DNA of 64,000 bases, taken from NCBI GenBank assembly GCA_016748015.1, contig JAAOMT010000295.1:868001-932000 (forward strand), in the 5' to 3' direction. Numbering within the stretch: position 1 is the first letter of the stretch; the number at the start of each line of letters is the position of its first letter. This document shows positions 1-13,252 of this stretch, piece by piece. This DNA comes from Geosiphon pyriformis uo1. Taxonomy: Eukaryota; Fungi; Glomeromycota. Below the pieces are notes generated by a model that was given only the letters and a program-made list of their open reading frames with translations, had not been told where the DNA came from and ran no database searches. The position numbers were made by a program, and so were the translations under genes.

Positions 1-2050
1 ACCCAATCAACCACTTAGCTGTTTTAAAGGCATCAGTCTTTATAGCAGCAGATTTATGTTTCCAAAGAGACATCAAATTAGAAAACATATCATCATCAAA
101 AGATGACAAACCTACATGAAGACTAGACATATTAACGTCCTCAAAATCACACTCAGTTTTCAGAACAACCACTTCTTATTCCAACTTACCAACAGCTTTG
201 TTAAAAGTACTTATGTAAACCAAAATCTCATTAACTCTGAGGCCAAAAGCAGAACTTGAAACCAAATTGCCATTAACAAATTGTTCAAAAACTTTGACCA
301 TAGAGCCAACAGACTTAACAATAGATTCAATCAAAACAGAAAGCTTGGCCAAATCAGATTCCAGAAATGTTAGCCAAGAAGATACCAAAGAATTTACAAC
401 AGTAACAGAAGGTGCAGCAGCCACTAAAGGAGGAAACTCAGAAAGAACAGGGGGAACAGATGCCTTTGCATAAGACAAAGAACTGACAAAATGTGGTTTA
501 AACATCTTGGGAGCCTTAAGGCGGAAGATGGAGCAACCTTATAGTTCATAGTCAAGTGGCCTATCTCTTGACACTAAAAATAATGCTGACAACCAGAAGT
601 TTTCCACTAGATATGGCACTTTTTTAGTGTACTAGTTTTAATAACAACAAGGTCCAAATCAGCTTGAGAGCCAAATATAACCAGAGCAAAGCAAAAACGA
701 CAACCAAAATCAAGAGACCAAAGAATAAAACAAGACCAACTACCAACTTAAAAAACCATATCACTGATTTCAAAAGCAGTATAGCCAAGAGGAAGGTTGA
801 CCAACTTGGCCTTAAACCTATCACAAGACACAATTGTTTCTTGTTGATTCACAAAGAGAAGAATCCATATACTATCCTTACCCACCAAAACTGACCAGTG
901 ATTGAGAACAGATGTGGCAACAACCAAATTTTTAAAATAGACCACAACATACTGCCAAATACCAGTAGGCTTTAGCACAACATGAATAATCACACCAAAA
1001 ATACTGAAAGCTGTCTTAATGTCAGCAGCAAACACATCCAAAGGCACATTATGCAGCACAATAGCAGCAAAAAGAGAGCCAGACTCAGGAACTACCAAGG
1101 ATTTGGTAATTTTGAGAGTGGTCAAACATACAGAGCTTGTAAGTTCAACCAAAAATGCAGCTTCCAAAGACACTTGAGAAGCAAACTCCATACAAAACAG
1201 CTTCACATTGTCTTTTGACATTGACTTTGCATCCAAGAAACCATGTACTGACTGAAAAACAGTCTTAACATGAGCCAATTTGATCTTAAAAGTAGCATCA
1301 GGCATCAGAATAGAGGCCACTCACCCAGCAAATCTTTGATAACTAGTAATAGTTTCCCAAGCACCACCAGAAGTAGCACCAGAAACTAGAGAAAAAGATG
1401 ATTCAGTTTCTATTTGATTAGCCCAGTTCTCAAGAACAGATGACCCAACAGAAGAAGATTGTTTTGCTTCTAAAACTGGTAATGATCTACTAGAAAACAC
1501 CATATTTGACAATACAGCCAGTGATTGATCTATGCTTATCTTGGATGATGTGCTGGATGATACTACAGAGATCTTATTGGAAATCACAAAGAGGTTCGGT
1601 GTAATAATAGCAAAGGCAAGCAACTGCTTTCAATTTTCTGAACTTTTGGTCTTTTTGACCATTTTTTTTGAAGAAGAAATGCTAACAGCACCAGATATAG
1701 AAGCTATGAAGGGGAAAACCAGCTTGTTAACTGATCTATTATTGAAAACTTTTGGGCTCTTAATTAAGATGGAGGCAACACTGGGACTAATCCAAGTGTG
1801 TCTTTTTGATAGAACTTTGACTGGTGAGAAACCAGCCAAAGATGAGGAATTTGCTTCAATGGCTATCAAAGGCAGTTTATTATGATTACTAAATAAAGGA
1901 AAGACTTCTAAAACATTCTGTTTAGTTGTTTCTACAACAGAGAGAGCTCCTTTGGTTAAAATTTTATTAGATATCTCAGAACAAATATTAGGTGCAGTTC
2001 TTTTACTCTTTGCTCTGGTCATGATCATAAAATTAAGGAGACAAAGAGTT
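1..2050 (-). mobile_element. H1: ORF1-only non-autonomous LINE derivative (HAL1-like), decayed; 3' end runs off the window
   Basis: Minus-strand ORF pieces 1630-2028, 1321-1623, 748-1320 and 176-505 join into one protein. Its middle aligns with L1 ORF1 (GIWQYVVVYF/GMWQKAVVEF, WSVLVGKDS/SFLIGKDS, DRF, knuckle remnant). It is colinear with H2 at 13650-16147. Confidence 0.8.
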
Positions 2051-2815
2051 GTATTTTTTAGTTTTTTTATTTAAAAAATATATTTTATTTAAAATTTAAT
2101 TTTTTTTAGAATTAATTTTTGATAATCAATTAACTATTAAAAATTAATAAAATAAAGATCTATTTTTAAAAACAATTTTTTTTTATAATTAATATTGTTT
2201 TAAATTCACAAATTTTAAAATATAAATTAATTTTTTGGCTTTTATATAACTTTGTTTTTTTATATTGTTAAAATTAACCAAAAAAACTATTTGTTTGTTT
2301 TTGTAATTTATTAAATAAAAACATAATTAAAAAGCACAATAATATTTTTTATTGATTTTTTTAATTATTTTTCATTAATTTTAATGTTATTTATTAACTT
2401 ATTTTTACAATTTATTATAATATAATTAAAAAAATAAAAATATTGTTTTTGTGTTATTATTAAGGTTATTTTTTAAATTATCATATTAATTTAAATTTTA
2501 TAAATTTAATAGTAAATTTTTAATTAATATAATAAACAAAAAAATTAGTTTATTTGTTATTTTTTTTTATATAATTCTTATAAATAAATAAATATTACCT
2601 TTTAAAGATGTGATTTTACAATAGTAAAATTTATATTATTAAGTATGATTTAATAGTGACTATATGGAAGGCAAGTATGACTATATTTTGAAAAATAAGC
2701 ATCATCATCATCTCCGATCACCAAAAGTTAAAACTCAGCAAGAAATAAAGTGGCAATCAAAACGCAACCATGTAATCTCTACCTAAACCGCTCACCATAT
2801 ATGCTCCTTTTAAGC

Positions 2816-5216
2816 ATGCAACTCTTCGATTTTAGCCCACCACTTGTTGCTTACACCTTGCTTGGTGGCTTTATCGTACTTTACGCGTTGGTTTCTTTGA
2901 TTCTGAAAGAGAAATTATACATAAGCGAGGCCTGTATGTTATACATGAAAATTAAGTGGAAACCTCTTCAGTTTATATTTTTCATAGAATTTCCTTATTT
3001 CAAGTGGTTGCAACGTTGATGGGGTTGATAATTGGTCCTGCTTGTTTGAACTTGGTCGACCCCACGCAGTGGGAGCAAAAAGATGGATTCACCATGGAAT
3101 TGACGCGCGTTGTACTTGCCATTCAGGTATCTATACACGAGGTGAAGCCGCTGAATAAATATAAAATCAAAAAAACCATTTTGTTTATCCTTTATTCTAT
3201 TTGATTCTTGCACATTACTATCGTAAAGGTCATGACTGCTGCAGTTAATTTACCCAGGTAAGCTATAGAGAATCAAATCAAATATTTTCAACTTGCTCAA
3301 TACCTATATTAATATCAAATCCTTTGTATATTAGAACTTATATTAAGCGACATGCCCTTTCTATGTTCATCATGCTATTCCCGGTTATGTTGTTTATGTG
3401 GTTAGTGAGTGGGACGATAATATATTTATTTATTTCAGATGCAAAACTAGTATGTAAAGTTCTTTTTTTCATTAGGAAAATGTTTCAAATATTTAATACA
3501 TTAAATGATATCTGTTCAAATTCTATAATTGCAGACCGAAGCCTTGCTGATTGCAGCCTGCGTTACCCCAACTGATCCGGTTATCTATATTTCTTCAATT
3601 ATTTTTTGCGTATATTTATCATATTTTGACTTTCGTTTTTTTTAAAGATCCTGGCAAATTCAGTAGTACAAGGATCCTTCGCAGAAAAACATATTCCTAC
3701 GCAGATTAGACATTTATTGTCAGCGGAAAGCGGGGCAAACGATGGTATTTTTCAAAAATTAACTGAAAAAATGCTATTTCCAATACTGAATTCTCCTTAA
3801 TGTTCAATTATAAAGGAATGGGATATCCATTTCTTTATTTTGCCCTTTTTCTTCTCCAGTCACCTCAAGATACTCTATCTGCTATTAGAAAATGGGTTTA
3901 CATTGTATGGGGATATGATATTCTCTTTTCCGTGATAATTGGATTTGCAATTGGGTGGACTGCAAGGAAATTGCTTCGTATGGCAGAAAGCAGGTAACGC
4001 CTGCAATTAAACTTAATCATCTTTTAATATATAAGGCTATAATGAATTTACTGGATTTAGGGATTGGATTGATAAAGAATCATTCCTATCATTTTCTTTT
4101 GCCTTGGCGGTGAGATAATTTAAAATATCAATATATTAATAAAAGAATGGCTATCCTTTGAACTCACAAAAATTCTCAGATTTTCGTTTTAGGGGCCGTT
4201 AGTATGCTAGGATCGGATGCATTGTTGGCTTGCTTCGTGGCTGGTACATTATTTTCCTGGGAGTAAGTATATCTCTTGCCGGTTAAGACTTTGATGTTCA
4301 TTTACCTTCTCCCATTTTATCTCATGCTTCAAATTCCTCAAGTGATTGGTTTCGCCAAGAAACACAGGACGCACACTTGCAAGATGTGATTGATCTGCTG
4401 CTGAATTTGACTATATTTATATACATCGGCGCGATACTCCCTTGGTCTTCATTTCAGTCCGAATCATTATCTTTGAAACACCTCATTCCCATGAGCTTCC
4501 TTATTCTAATATTCCGTCGTTTGCCTGCTGTTGTTGGACTAATGAAATTTATTCCTGCCATACGTACTTTTAAGGAAGCTGTGTTTGCTGGATACTTTGG
4601 TCCAATCGGTGTTGGAGCCATTTTCCTAGCCATGACAGTTCAAAACGAAATCGAGAAAACCTTTTGGGAATACCCTAAAAATAGCGTTGATGAAGAAGGG
4701 CTGGCACGTACCAGAGAGCTCGTTTTTCCTATTGTTGCATTCATTGTTCTTAGCTCGGTAATAGTTCATGGAATTACCATACCGATCCTCAATATCGGTT
4801 CGCATATTGATATAGAACGATTTCCGAGTATTGCAAGTATCAGTAATCAGGTGGCACGATTACCCGTAATTGACTTTGTTGAGAGTTTAACATTAGAACG
4901 GGATTCATCGGGAAAAGTAAATAGGAAAGAAAAGATGAAAGCAGAAATTCTCAGAAGTCCTATGCGCATTGAGAAACCAATAGCAGAGGAAGATGTTCAA
5001 CGTACTGAGATTTTTGAGGAGGTGGGGACTGATGAAGATGCATACTCTTCCCAAAACAAAGTAGAGACTGATATCCTTATAGAAATTGAAGACGACCCAA
5101 ATCAAGAAAGTTATTTTTTGCCCAAAACTGAAGCTGCTGGGAAACCTTCCCTTAACGGTGAAGAAAGCTCTAAAGGCTCTCACCCACACTCACTACACGT
5201 CTCTTATGAAGAATGA
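2816..5216 (+). CDS. NHA1: Plasma-membrane-type Na+(K+)/H+ antiporter, CPA1 family, Nha1/Sod2-like; 10 exons, ~569 aa
   Basis: Exons 2816-2933, 3005-3126, 3229-3257, 3335-3449, 3535-3579, 3648-3744, 3816-3993, 4061-4109, 4180-4262 and 4343-5216 have GT-AG introns and total 1710 nt in frame. Motifs: KEKLYISEA, TPTDPILANSVV, ESGANDG, IDKESF, GYFGPIGVGA, VIVHG, acidic C-terminal tail. An alternative in-frame ATG lies at 2801. Confidence 0.92.
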
Positions 5217-5556
5217 TGTTCGTTTTCCAGAACACCAATCATCAAGATCCTTACTCTAAAAGTCGAGTGTACTTGAGGGCTCAGGATCTTTTATCAACAG
5301 AAAGTTGGCGATATGAAAGCACCTGGAAATTTAATTTTCTTTAGTGACTGACTGCCTTTATTAGAAAATTTTCATCGATATCAAGTCTAAATTAAATTAC
5401 AATTTATAAAACAAGAGATTATTTCCAGCATGATGTTTTATCGGCCTTATCCAATAGTGTATAATAGTAGTATATTAGTTAAAAATTTTACTTGATTATG
5501 AATTGATTGTAATTTTTTGTAAAGCCAAAACAACTGGGTTATTTTTTCAAACAATT

Positions 5557-5871
5557 ATTGATGATGATATGTTTTCTAATTTATTGTCATTTTGAGAACA
5601 TGAACCAGCTGATGTTAAGTCTGATGCCTTTAAAATAGCTGGCTGGTTGATAGGCTTGGTTCTTAATAGTGTTATATTATTTGAAGTTGTTTAAAGAATA
5701 TTTTTTTTGGATAAGTTTTCTTTTAAAGCATTAGCATAGTGTGTTTTTAATTGGTTTAAGTGACTGATCACATGTAAAAAGAATGTAAATTGTATTTAGT
5801 TGGAACTTTTTGTTTGGTTTTGTATATTAGATAGTAATTGGGCTGTATTTATTAAACTTTAATAAAAAAAA
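5557..5871 (+). mobile_element. H3: 5'-truncated 3' end of the ORF1-only element with poly(A)
   Basis: Matches 15830-16147, and its coding part matches the reverse complement of 1-105. ORF stop TAG at 5737-5739, then a LINE-type 3' UTR and A-tail. Confidence 0.8.
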
Positions 5872-5887
5872 TTTTATATAGTTAAGA

Positions 5888-6068
5888 AATAAACATATAT
5901 TATATTATTATAAAAAAAAAAAAAATTTAAAATCTTATGTTTTATATAATTTTATATAACTTGAATTTTTATTAGCCAATTAAAATATAAAAATATTAAA
6001 ATTTTACAATTTTAAATAGCATATAATTTATTAATCAATTAAAATATAGAAATATAATTTAATTTATC
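5888..6068. repeat. ~180-bp AT-rich dispersed repeat, copy 1
   Basis: Aligns colinearly with 16958-17150 (e.g. ttatataattttatataac...aatataaaaatattaaaat...tataatttattaatcaatta). Confidence 0.65.
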
Positions 6069-6683
6069 TTAAATTATAGTTTTTTTTTATTATTTAATTA
6101 TAAAACTTTTAAAACTTTAGATAATAAAAAATTTAATTGTTTTTTTATTTATTTTTGAGAATATTTTATGATTTTATAAGATTAGTATTTGTCTAAAATT
6201 AACAAAAAAATCATTAATTAATAAGTTACTTTTACTTAATTAATTATCTTTATTATCTTAAATATTGATTTATTTGTATAATATAACCAATAAAAAAATC
6301 AAAAAATATGTATTACAAATAGAATAACAAAGATAAATATAATTGCTTATAGTTAAAAAACAATAGACATTATATTTAAGTATTTTAATCTTATTACAAT
6401 ACTTTAATATATAAAACAAGTTTAAGTAATAATTATTTTTTTTTTGTTATAGATAAAAACCTTATTATTTTTTGTGAGAAAAATAGCTGTTTTTTTATGT
6501 TATTTAAATAAACAACAGAAAGTGTTTTTTATATTTTTTAATATTAAAAAAGTATTAATATATTAAAACTTCTTTCTTTCTTACTCCCAAAAAACCCCAA
6601 CGAGTTATTTTCTGAAGAAGAAGTTTTTGTTTTTCTCTTATTAGTATTATATCAATATTTTTTTAACTAATAACTCTTTTGTC

Positions 6684-8575
6684 GTGGATTCAAAGGCTGC
6701 TTCTAGTGGTGGCATGTCTAGTAAAAAGGCTTCTAAGAGAGTGTTTTATAGTCCTGCTGATGGTTCTTTTTTACAAAAAAAGAAGATTTTTCTTGGTAAT
6801 GTTAAATACTCTGGTGATAAAAAAAATATTTTTTTGAAGTCTGGTTCTAGTGCTAGTGTATACTCCAATGTAGAAAGTCTTTCTGGTAATAATGAGGATG
6901 TTAGTATGTCTGGTGGTTTTGATGGTTCTCTCTTGGACTCAGCTGTTAACACTCCTAAGGCTAAACATGTGAATACCAGTGTGAATTTTGGTTCTCCTAT
7001 TGGTTCTCCTGACTTTGAGATGGATGAAGAGGTGAAGCCCTTTCCACCCCCCCTTATGAAAAAGGTTCCTTTGGATAAGATCTGAATTGATCCCAAAATC
7101 ATCAAAACTCCTGTAGAAGTGGCAGTTAAAAAATCTTTTGCCTTGGATATCAATCTTTCAGCTGTTGAAGACAAATCAGCGATGGCGAAAACTCAATTAA
7201 TCAGGAAGATTTTTTCAAAGATCAATGGTTTTGGGGGGGGGCCACTACCCCCTCAAAATTTGAAGAGATCATCCGATCGACATTTACATCTAAAGAGAGC
7301 ATGAGAAAAGCTGCGTCTTTGGCCGAAAAAGAAGGGATCGTCATAAACAGCAATCTTAAGAGACAAAGAGTTCGCTCAGATCAGGCCGTAGTCATCAAAA
7401 AAATTCCCATAAATACACCGAAGAAAATGATTGTCACCACAGTGTCTGAATTTAGGGATATCAAATCAATCAAAATTCAGCTAGTCGGAATGTGGCAGAA
7501 AGCTGTGGTGGAATTCGCCGAATTGGGACAGACAGAGCAATTGGCTTCAAAATAGTCCTTTTTAATTGGGAAAGACTCTGTGTGTATGGCAAAAGCTGTG
7601 AGAAATCACAATATCTGGGCCTTTAAGGATCGTTTTAGGGTGCTTTTGTTTACGTTGCTGGTAAGAACAACAACGCATGATCTTAGTAATCTTCTGGATA
7701 AAACTAGTGGCAGAACTTGCATCATTAATCGTTCATTGGACACTGGCGATAGGGTTTGTTGTGCTGTGGTTGGCTTCGAATCCAAGAATAATCTGAATTC
7801 CGCTTTTCTCACTAAGCCTGTTTTTGGTGGTGTTCATCTTTCTTAGGCTAGACTGGATTTGGTTCAGTGTGGAAAATGTGGGCATCTTGGACATTCGGCT
7901 TTAGAGTGTGATGCATCAGATTTGTCATCTTCTGATCTCTTGAATAATTTTAATAAAAGGCATGCTCTTGGTGTAGATCATCTTCAGTTGGCCAAGTTAT
8001 ATGCAAAGAAAAATGTTCCTATATTTCACTCTGCTGCCTTTGGTGGCAAATCATGGGCCCAGGTAGTCTCTTTTGCTTCCCCTTCTGGTGGCTCTCCTTC
8101 TGGTTCTGGTCTTGGTGCTGGTTCTTTTCATTGTATAACCTCAGATTTGGGTGGTGGTTCTCCCTCTTTTATAATTGCCGACTCTTTTTTTAATGCTCGC
8201 TTGGCATCTTTGAAATGCTTTTTCAAGTTGTTGACTGACCAAGTGTTTGATGTTTTGAGGAAATTGAGTTTTGTTGAATTAGTGCTCATGGTTCCATCTT
8301 CTGGTGCCCCTCTTTTGGTTGGATCTGTGCCTTTGGCTCCTGGTTTGGATTCTGACATGGCTCTAAAAGGTGAATTGGCATCGTCTAATTCCCATTCTCC
8401 AAGTATTGATATGGGTGCTGGCTTCAATTCAAGTAGTTCAAAGGTTCTAACTACCAAGATGGGTGGTTTGGAGTCTAAAATGTCAGCTCTGGAGGCTTCA
8501 ATCAGTTCTGTTTTGGTGAGATTAGATCTCTTGTGTGCTGGTTTGGGTTCTTCTTTACTGTTTTCATCCCAATGA
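6684..8575 (+). pseudogene. LINE ORF1 (RRM-like region, CCHC knuckle, C-terminal coiled-coil-like segment)
   Basis: ORF pieces 6684-7085, 7119-, 7301-7555, 7580-7846 and 7859-8575, with the knuckle CGKCGHLGHSALEC. Broken by TGG>TGA/TAG stops and a frameshift in the G run near 7233. Confidence 0.85.
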
Positions 8576-11500
8576 GTGGTCTGGTTTGGAAATTTGCTAT
8601 GTGTAATGTTCGGGACATGAACATTCCTGTGAAACAGGACGATATAGTTTGTTGGCACAAAGACATGGGCAATTTGGTTTTTATTTTTACTGAGATGAAG
8701 TTGAAGGATAAAGTTTGTCTCTGGATTATCAACAAGTTTGATGGTGTTCGGGTGTTTACCTCTGGTTTGGATTCTGGATATTTGGGTGCTGGTGTGGTGG
8801 TTGTCATGGACTCTTCTTTGACGAGACATGTGTGCAAGATTTCTGAAGTGCCTGGCCGGCTTCTGTCTATTAAATTACTTTTCAAGAATAAGCTCTTAGT
8901 GTTAATTCTGGGGCTTTATGCTGGTGCTTCTTTGGTGGTACAGTTTTCTCAGACTGATGAGGTCAACTCTCTTATTGCAAAGACTGTTAACAAATCTTCT
9001 TTTATTATTCTCAGGGGTGATTTTAATGAAGACGGTTTTCATAAGAGTGCAAGTTTTAAAAAATGCTTTGATTTGGGTCTGGTCAATTCTTTAGTCAATA
9101 GCCCGGCTGCAAAATTGCCCACTTGGGAAAATTTTAGGGGTGTTAAAAAAACAATTGATTATGTGTTTGTCTCTCCGAATCTGGTCAATGCGATAGCAAA
9201 TCGTGGAGTTTTAAATGTCAGTGAGCATTTTAATACAGACCATCAAACTGTTTCAGTGTCTTTGGGTTTGGGTGGACTTTTGAATACACGCTTAAATTCT
9301 TTTCGCACGCAAGTAAATAGAGATTGTTGGAAGTTTGACATTAAGAGTGCCAATAAAGCTAGATGGTTGGAGTTCAAAGATGCTTCGGCTGCTAATGCCT
9401 TTATGTTCTCGGATGCTTTTGGTATGGCAGTAGGGTTTTCAGATATAGATGCTATGTGGGATATTATTCGCAAGATCATGGTTTCTTCGGCGGGTGGTAC
9501 ATTTAAGAAAAAATGGTTCAAAGGTTTTGATGGTGTGTTTACCAAAACTTCCATTAGGTTTCACAAACTGGAGCTGCTGGTTTCTAAGTTGGTCAAGGCT
9601 TTGCGTTTGGCTTCTAGTGATGGTTTTGCTTCTTTGTTGGAGATGTGGCACAAGCTCGACTCCCCTGGTGCATTAGTGGTTAAGTCTCTGTTTCTTTTAG
9701 GTTCTAATTTTGATCTTATTCATTCTGTGCTGGCCAAAACAAGGAAATCGTACTGCTCTTTCAAATTATTGGAATCCAAGCACACTAAGGAATCCTCAAT
9801 CAAGCAGACTATTGGTAAGAGGATAGAAAGTTTCGAGCTGAACAAGGGATACATCATTAGGAGTGTTTTAGAGCGTTTTTTTCACAAGATGGTTCTGGAT
9901 CATCTGGTTGTAAAAGATGAGTTGGTTTTAGAGCCTGATTTGGTTAAGTCTAAGATGAACAAAATTATGGAGGGTTGGACCAGAAAGCGTGTGGTGGTAT
10001 CTGACATCTCTGAGGATTGGGCCCGCCAATATTGGCCTCTGGATTACGTGTTCAATGGTGCTTTCTCTGATGTCATGTGTTTGATTAGTTTTAATGAATT
10101 GTTGACTGTTGTCAAGGATCTTCTTGATGGAAAGACGGCTGGTCTTTCTGGTATCTCTAACAAATTGTGGAAACATTGTGACAAATCTGTTTTGAATTTG
10201 CTTTTGGTGCTTTTGAATTCCTGTTTGGTTGGTAAATTGGTTCCTGGGCCATAGAGAGAAGCTTGAGTTTTGATGATTTTTAAGCCATATGAATGGGAGG
10301 GAGTTCTCATGAACACCCATCCTATAGCTTTAATTGAAACAGCCTGTAAGATTCTTTCCAAGATCCCTTCAGATAGGATTTCATTGGCTTGCAGCACTTT
10401 TGAGGTTCTTTGTGGAGACAATTTTTCTGTTTTGAAAGGTATGATGATGCAATCTCCCATTTTTGCTATCAGTTCTGTGGTTGAGGATGCCTTGGAAAAG
10501 AACCGTGAACTTTGGCTGGTTTTACAAGACATGTGCAAAGCTTATGACTCGGTTGGTTGAGAACATCTTAGGAGGAGTCTGGTTAGAATCAAGATGTGTG
10601 ACAGGTTTATTAGATTTTTTGGCAGTATTCACAATGGTCGCATTAACAGGCTAATGACTGACTTTGGCTTGACTAATGGGTATTGTGTTCATGATGGGCT
10701 GGATCAGGGAGAAGTTTTCTCGCCCCTTCTCTGGCGTATTTTTTATGATTCACTTTTGTGTGAGGTCAAGAGACAGAAAAGTGTGTATGGTTACAGAATA
10801 AATTCTCATTTTATTTCCAAAACTGGCCAAGTAGATCCTCAAGCTGGACTGACTTCATTTCTTGCTGCTGGTGCTTTCGTCGATTTGGGTTGGTAGCAGC
10901 CAGGCTGCTACTCAACACATCCTTAATGTTGCTAGTGAATTTTTCAGGTTTAATGATATTTTTGTGAATAACAACAAGACGGTTGCCATCTCTATCAACT
11001 GCTGAGTGATGGACTCTTGTTTAACCATTAGTGGCTTACCCATTTCTATTGCCAAGAAAAGGAAATCTCATTATTATCTTGGTATCTTTTTGTCTTCTGA
11101 GGGTCTTTCAAAGCTTAGCTTAGCTAAAGCTCAGATGGATGAGCAGTTTTTTGTGAATCTTGTTTTAAGGAAGGTGGTTTTGGACAAACAGTGTGCATAT
11201 TTGGTGTCTGCAGTTCTTTTCCCTATCATCAGCTACAGGACTCAGTTCAGTTTTGTTTCTGTTGGTGTTTGTAATAAATGGGATGCTCTAATACGCAAAA
11301 TCTTGAGATCTAAGTCTGAGTTGCCATGTGATTTCCCCAGTAATGCACTTCATTACCCCTCTTTGTACAATTTAAAGACCTTCGAACAGATCCAGGCTGA
11401 GAGTAAATTGGCCTCCATCATTGCTTTTGTGAATTCTACTGGTGTTTTGGGTCACTTGTTCTCTCATAGGTCTCATAACCTCCAGGCCCTCAACTGGCGT

Positions 11501-13252
11501 CCTCGTCATCCCTTGCTGTTTTTGGCTCACATTGGTATTAGTTCTTCAAATAATTTTTTGGTGGGTGTGGTTTGTATCTTTTCTGGGTATGATTTGTCTT
11601 TGGGTGGCTCTCTGACTTGTGTTTTTTGCCATCAAAGTGGTACTCCTATGTCTCTGGTTCTTGGTGAACATTATTTTTTCAAGTGTGTTTCTTCACTCAG
11701 ATGTTATAAAATTGCTTTTGTGGAACAGCTTTGTGACTGTAATGGGGATGTTTTCAGTTGGGGAACCTTCAAGCATTAAAAGAGGCTGGACTCTCGTGGT
11801 CCAGTCCCTTTGTGATTTGATCTCTCTGTTCAATTTCTTAGTAGTGTTGTTCCTCTTTCTATTTGTCCCTCTTTTGTGGAGGATCGTGCTGGTTCTGATG
11901 TTCATTTGTCTCATGGTTTTGGTGTGGTTTGTGACACTCTGCTAACCGTCAATACTGCTCGCCTGTCTGTGTATACGGATGGGTCTCTAAGTGGTCTGGG
12001 CACTGTTGATGTAAAAGCAAGTGCTGCTGTTTTTTTTGAGGACATTAACTCAGGTTTGGGTGTTGGGGTGTCTGTTTTAGTTTTTTCTACTCTGACGGAA
12101 TTGCAGGCAATTGCTTTGGCTCTTGAGTGTATTCCTTTCTTTCGGTTGGTTGACTTGTTTTCAGACAGCCAGACTGCTGTGGATGCATGCAAGTCAGAGT
12201 TTTTGTTGATTTATCTGGATTTTAGAAACTGTTGTTGGATTGAGTGCCATTATATTGCTAACGTCATTCATCGCAAGAATTTAAAAGTGAATTGGATTAA
12301 AGTTAGGGGTCATTCAGGCATCTCAGGCAATGAGCATGCTGATGTACTTGCTAAGAAGGCCACTTCTTCTGCTTGGCGCCTGCCTCATTTGGTCAGTGAA
12401 TGTTTTCTGAAGGCAGGTGGTATTGCAGTTTCTGGTAATTCTAGACGCTTTGTTTGTGATGTTTTCTGTTTGGTTCATCGCACTCGCTGGGAGGTTGGGT
12501 CTGGATCTTGGGTTGTGGCAGATGGTTTGCGTGCTAATATTAATTGGTTCTTGTCATCTCTGGTATGACACCCCGATTTTCACTTGGCTGCTGGTTCCAC
12601 TAGTGTGTGTACAGCTGGCTTTTGGACTTACTTTATGAAAGCCCTTCATTGTCGGCTCCCAGTTGCTGTGTGTAAGCATTTGTATGATAGAAGGTACCCC
12701 AGTGTGGTGTGTTTGTATTGTGGTAATGTTGAGATCTTGGATCATGTCTTTTCTTGTTCTCATGATGCCACTGGTTGTGCCCAATTGTTGGATGTTCATG
12801 CTTCAACTTGGGAGACTCTTTCTGGTCTGTTTCAGTCTTCTTCATGTGTCTTGCAGCTGTTGGCTACCTGTGCTTCCAAAGTTGGGGTTGGTACTGCTCT
12901 GTATAAGAGCTTTGTTTTCAATAATTGGTATCATGAGTCTGTCTTGGTTTTTAGAAATTCTAAGGTTGAGGTTAGTAAAATTGTGGATTTTGTACGTGGG
13001 TTCTGTCTTGCATTTTGGGATGACATTTGGTTGGTCCGCGCCAGGCATTAGGCATTTATGGAAAAGCACGGTTTGGTTCCACATGACGGCTCTGCCTCCA
13101 CTTCAGTTTCTGGTTTGTCTATGGTTTTTTCAGCTGGTGTAGTTAGATTGCTAGGTGTGGCTGAGGCTTTTGGAGTTGGTTTCGGGTTTTGTAAGTTTTG
13201 TCCATTCTTTTCAGGTATTGGGGATTTGGTTTCTGTGTATATAGGTGTATAG
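8572..13252 (+). pseudogene. LINE ORF2: apurinic endonuclease, reverse transcriptase, RNase H, zinc finger
   Basis: APE: NVR, GDFN, IDY, TDH. RT: HPIAL, QDMCKAYDSV, QGEVFSP, and AFVD with a small deletion near 10884 removing the second Asp. RNase H: YTDGS, ELQAI, DSQ, KVRGHSG..NEHAD. Zinc finger: CLYCG..HVFSC. Confidence 0.92.

Noticed and set aside
6540-6600. TSD and exact 5' end for L1 (also for H2 and H3)
   Set aside because: The flanks are too AT-rich to give a convincing direct repeat, so the ends are left approximate.
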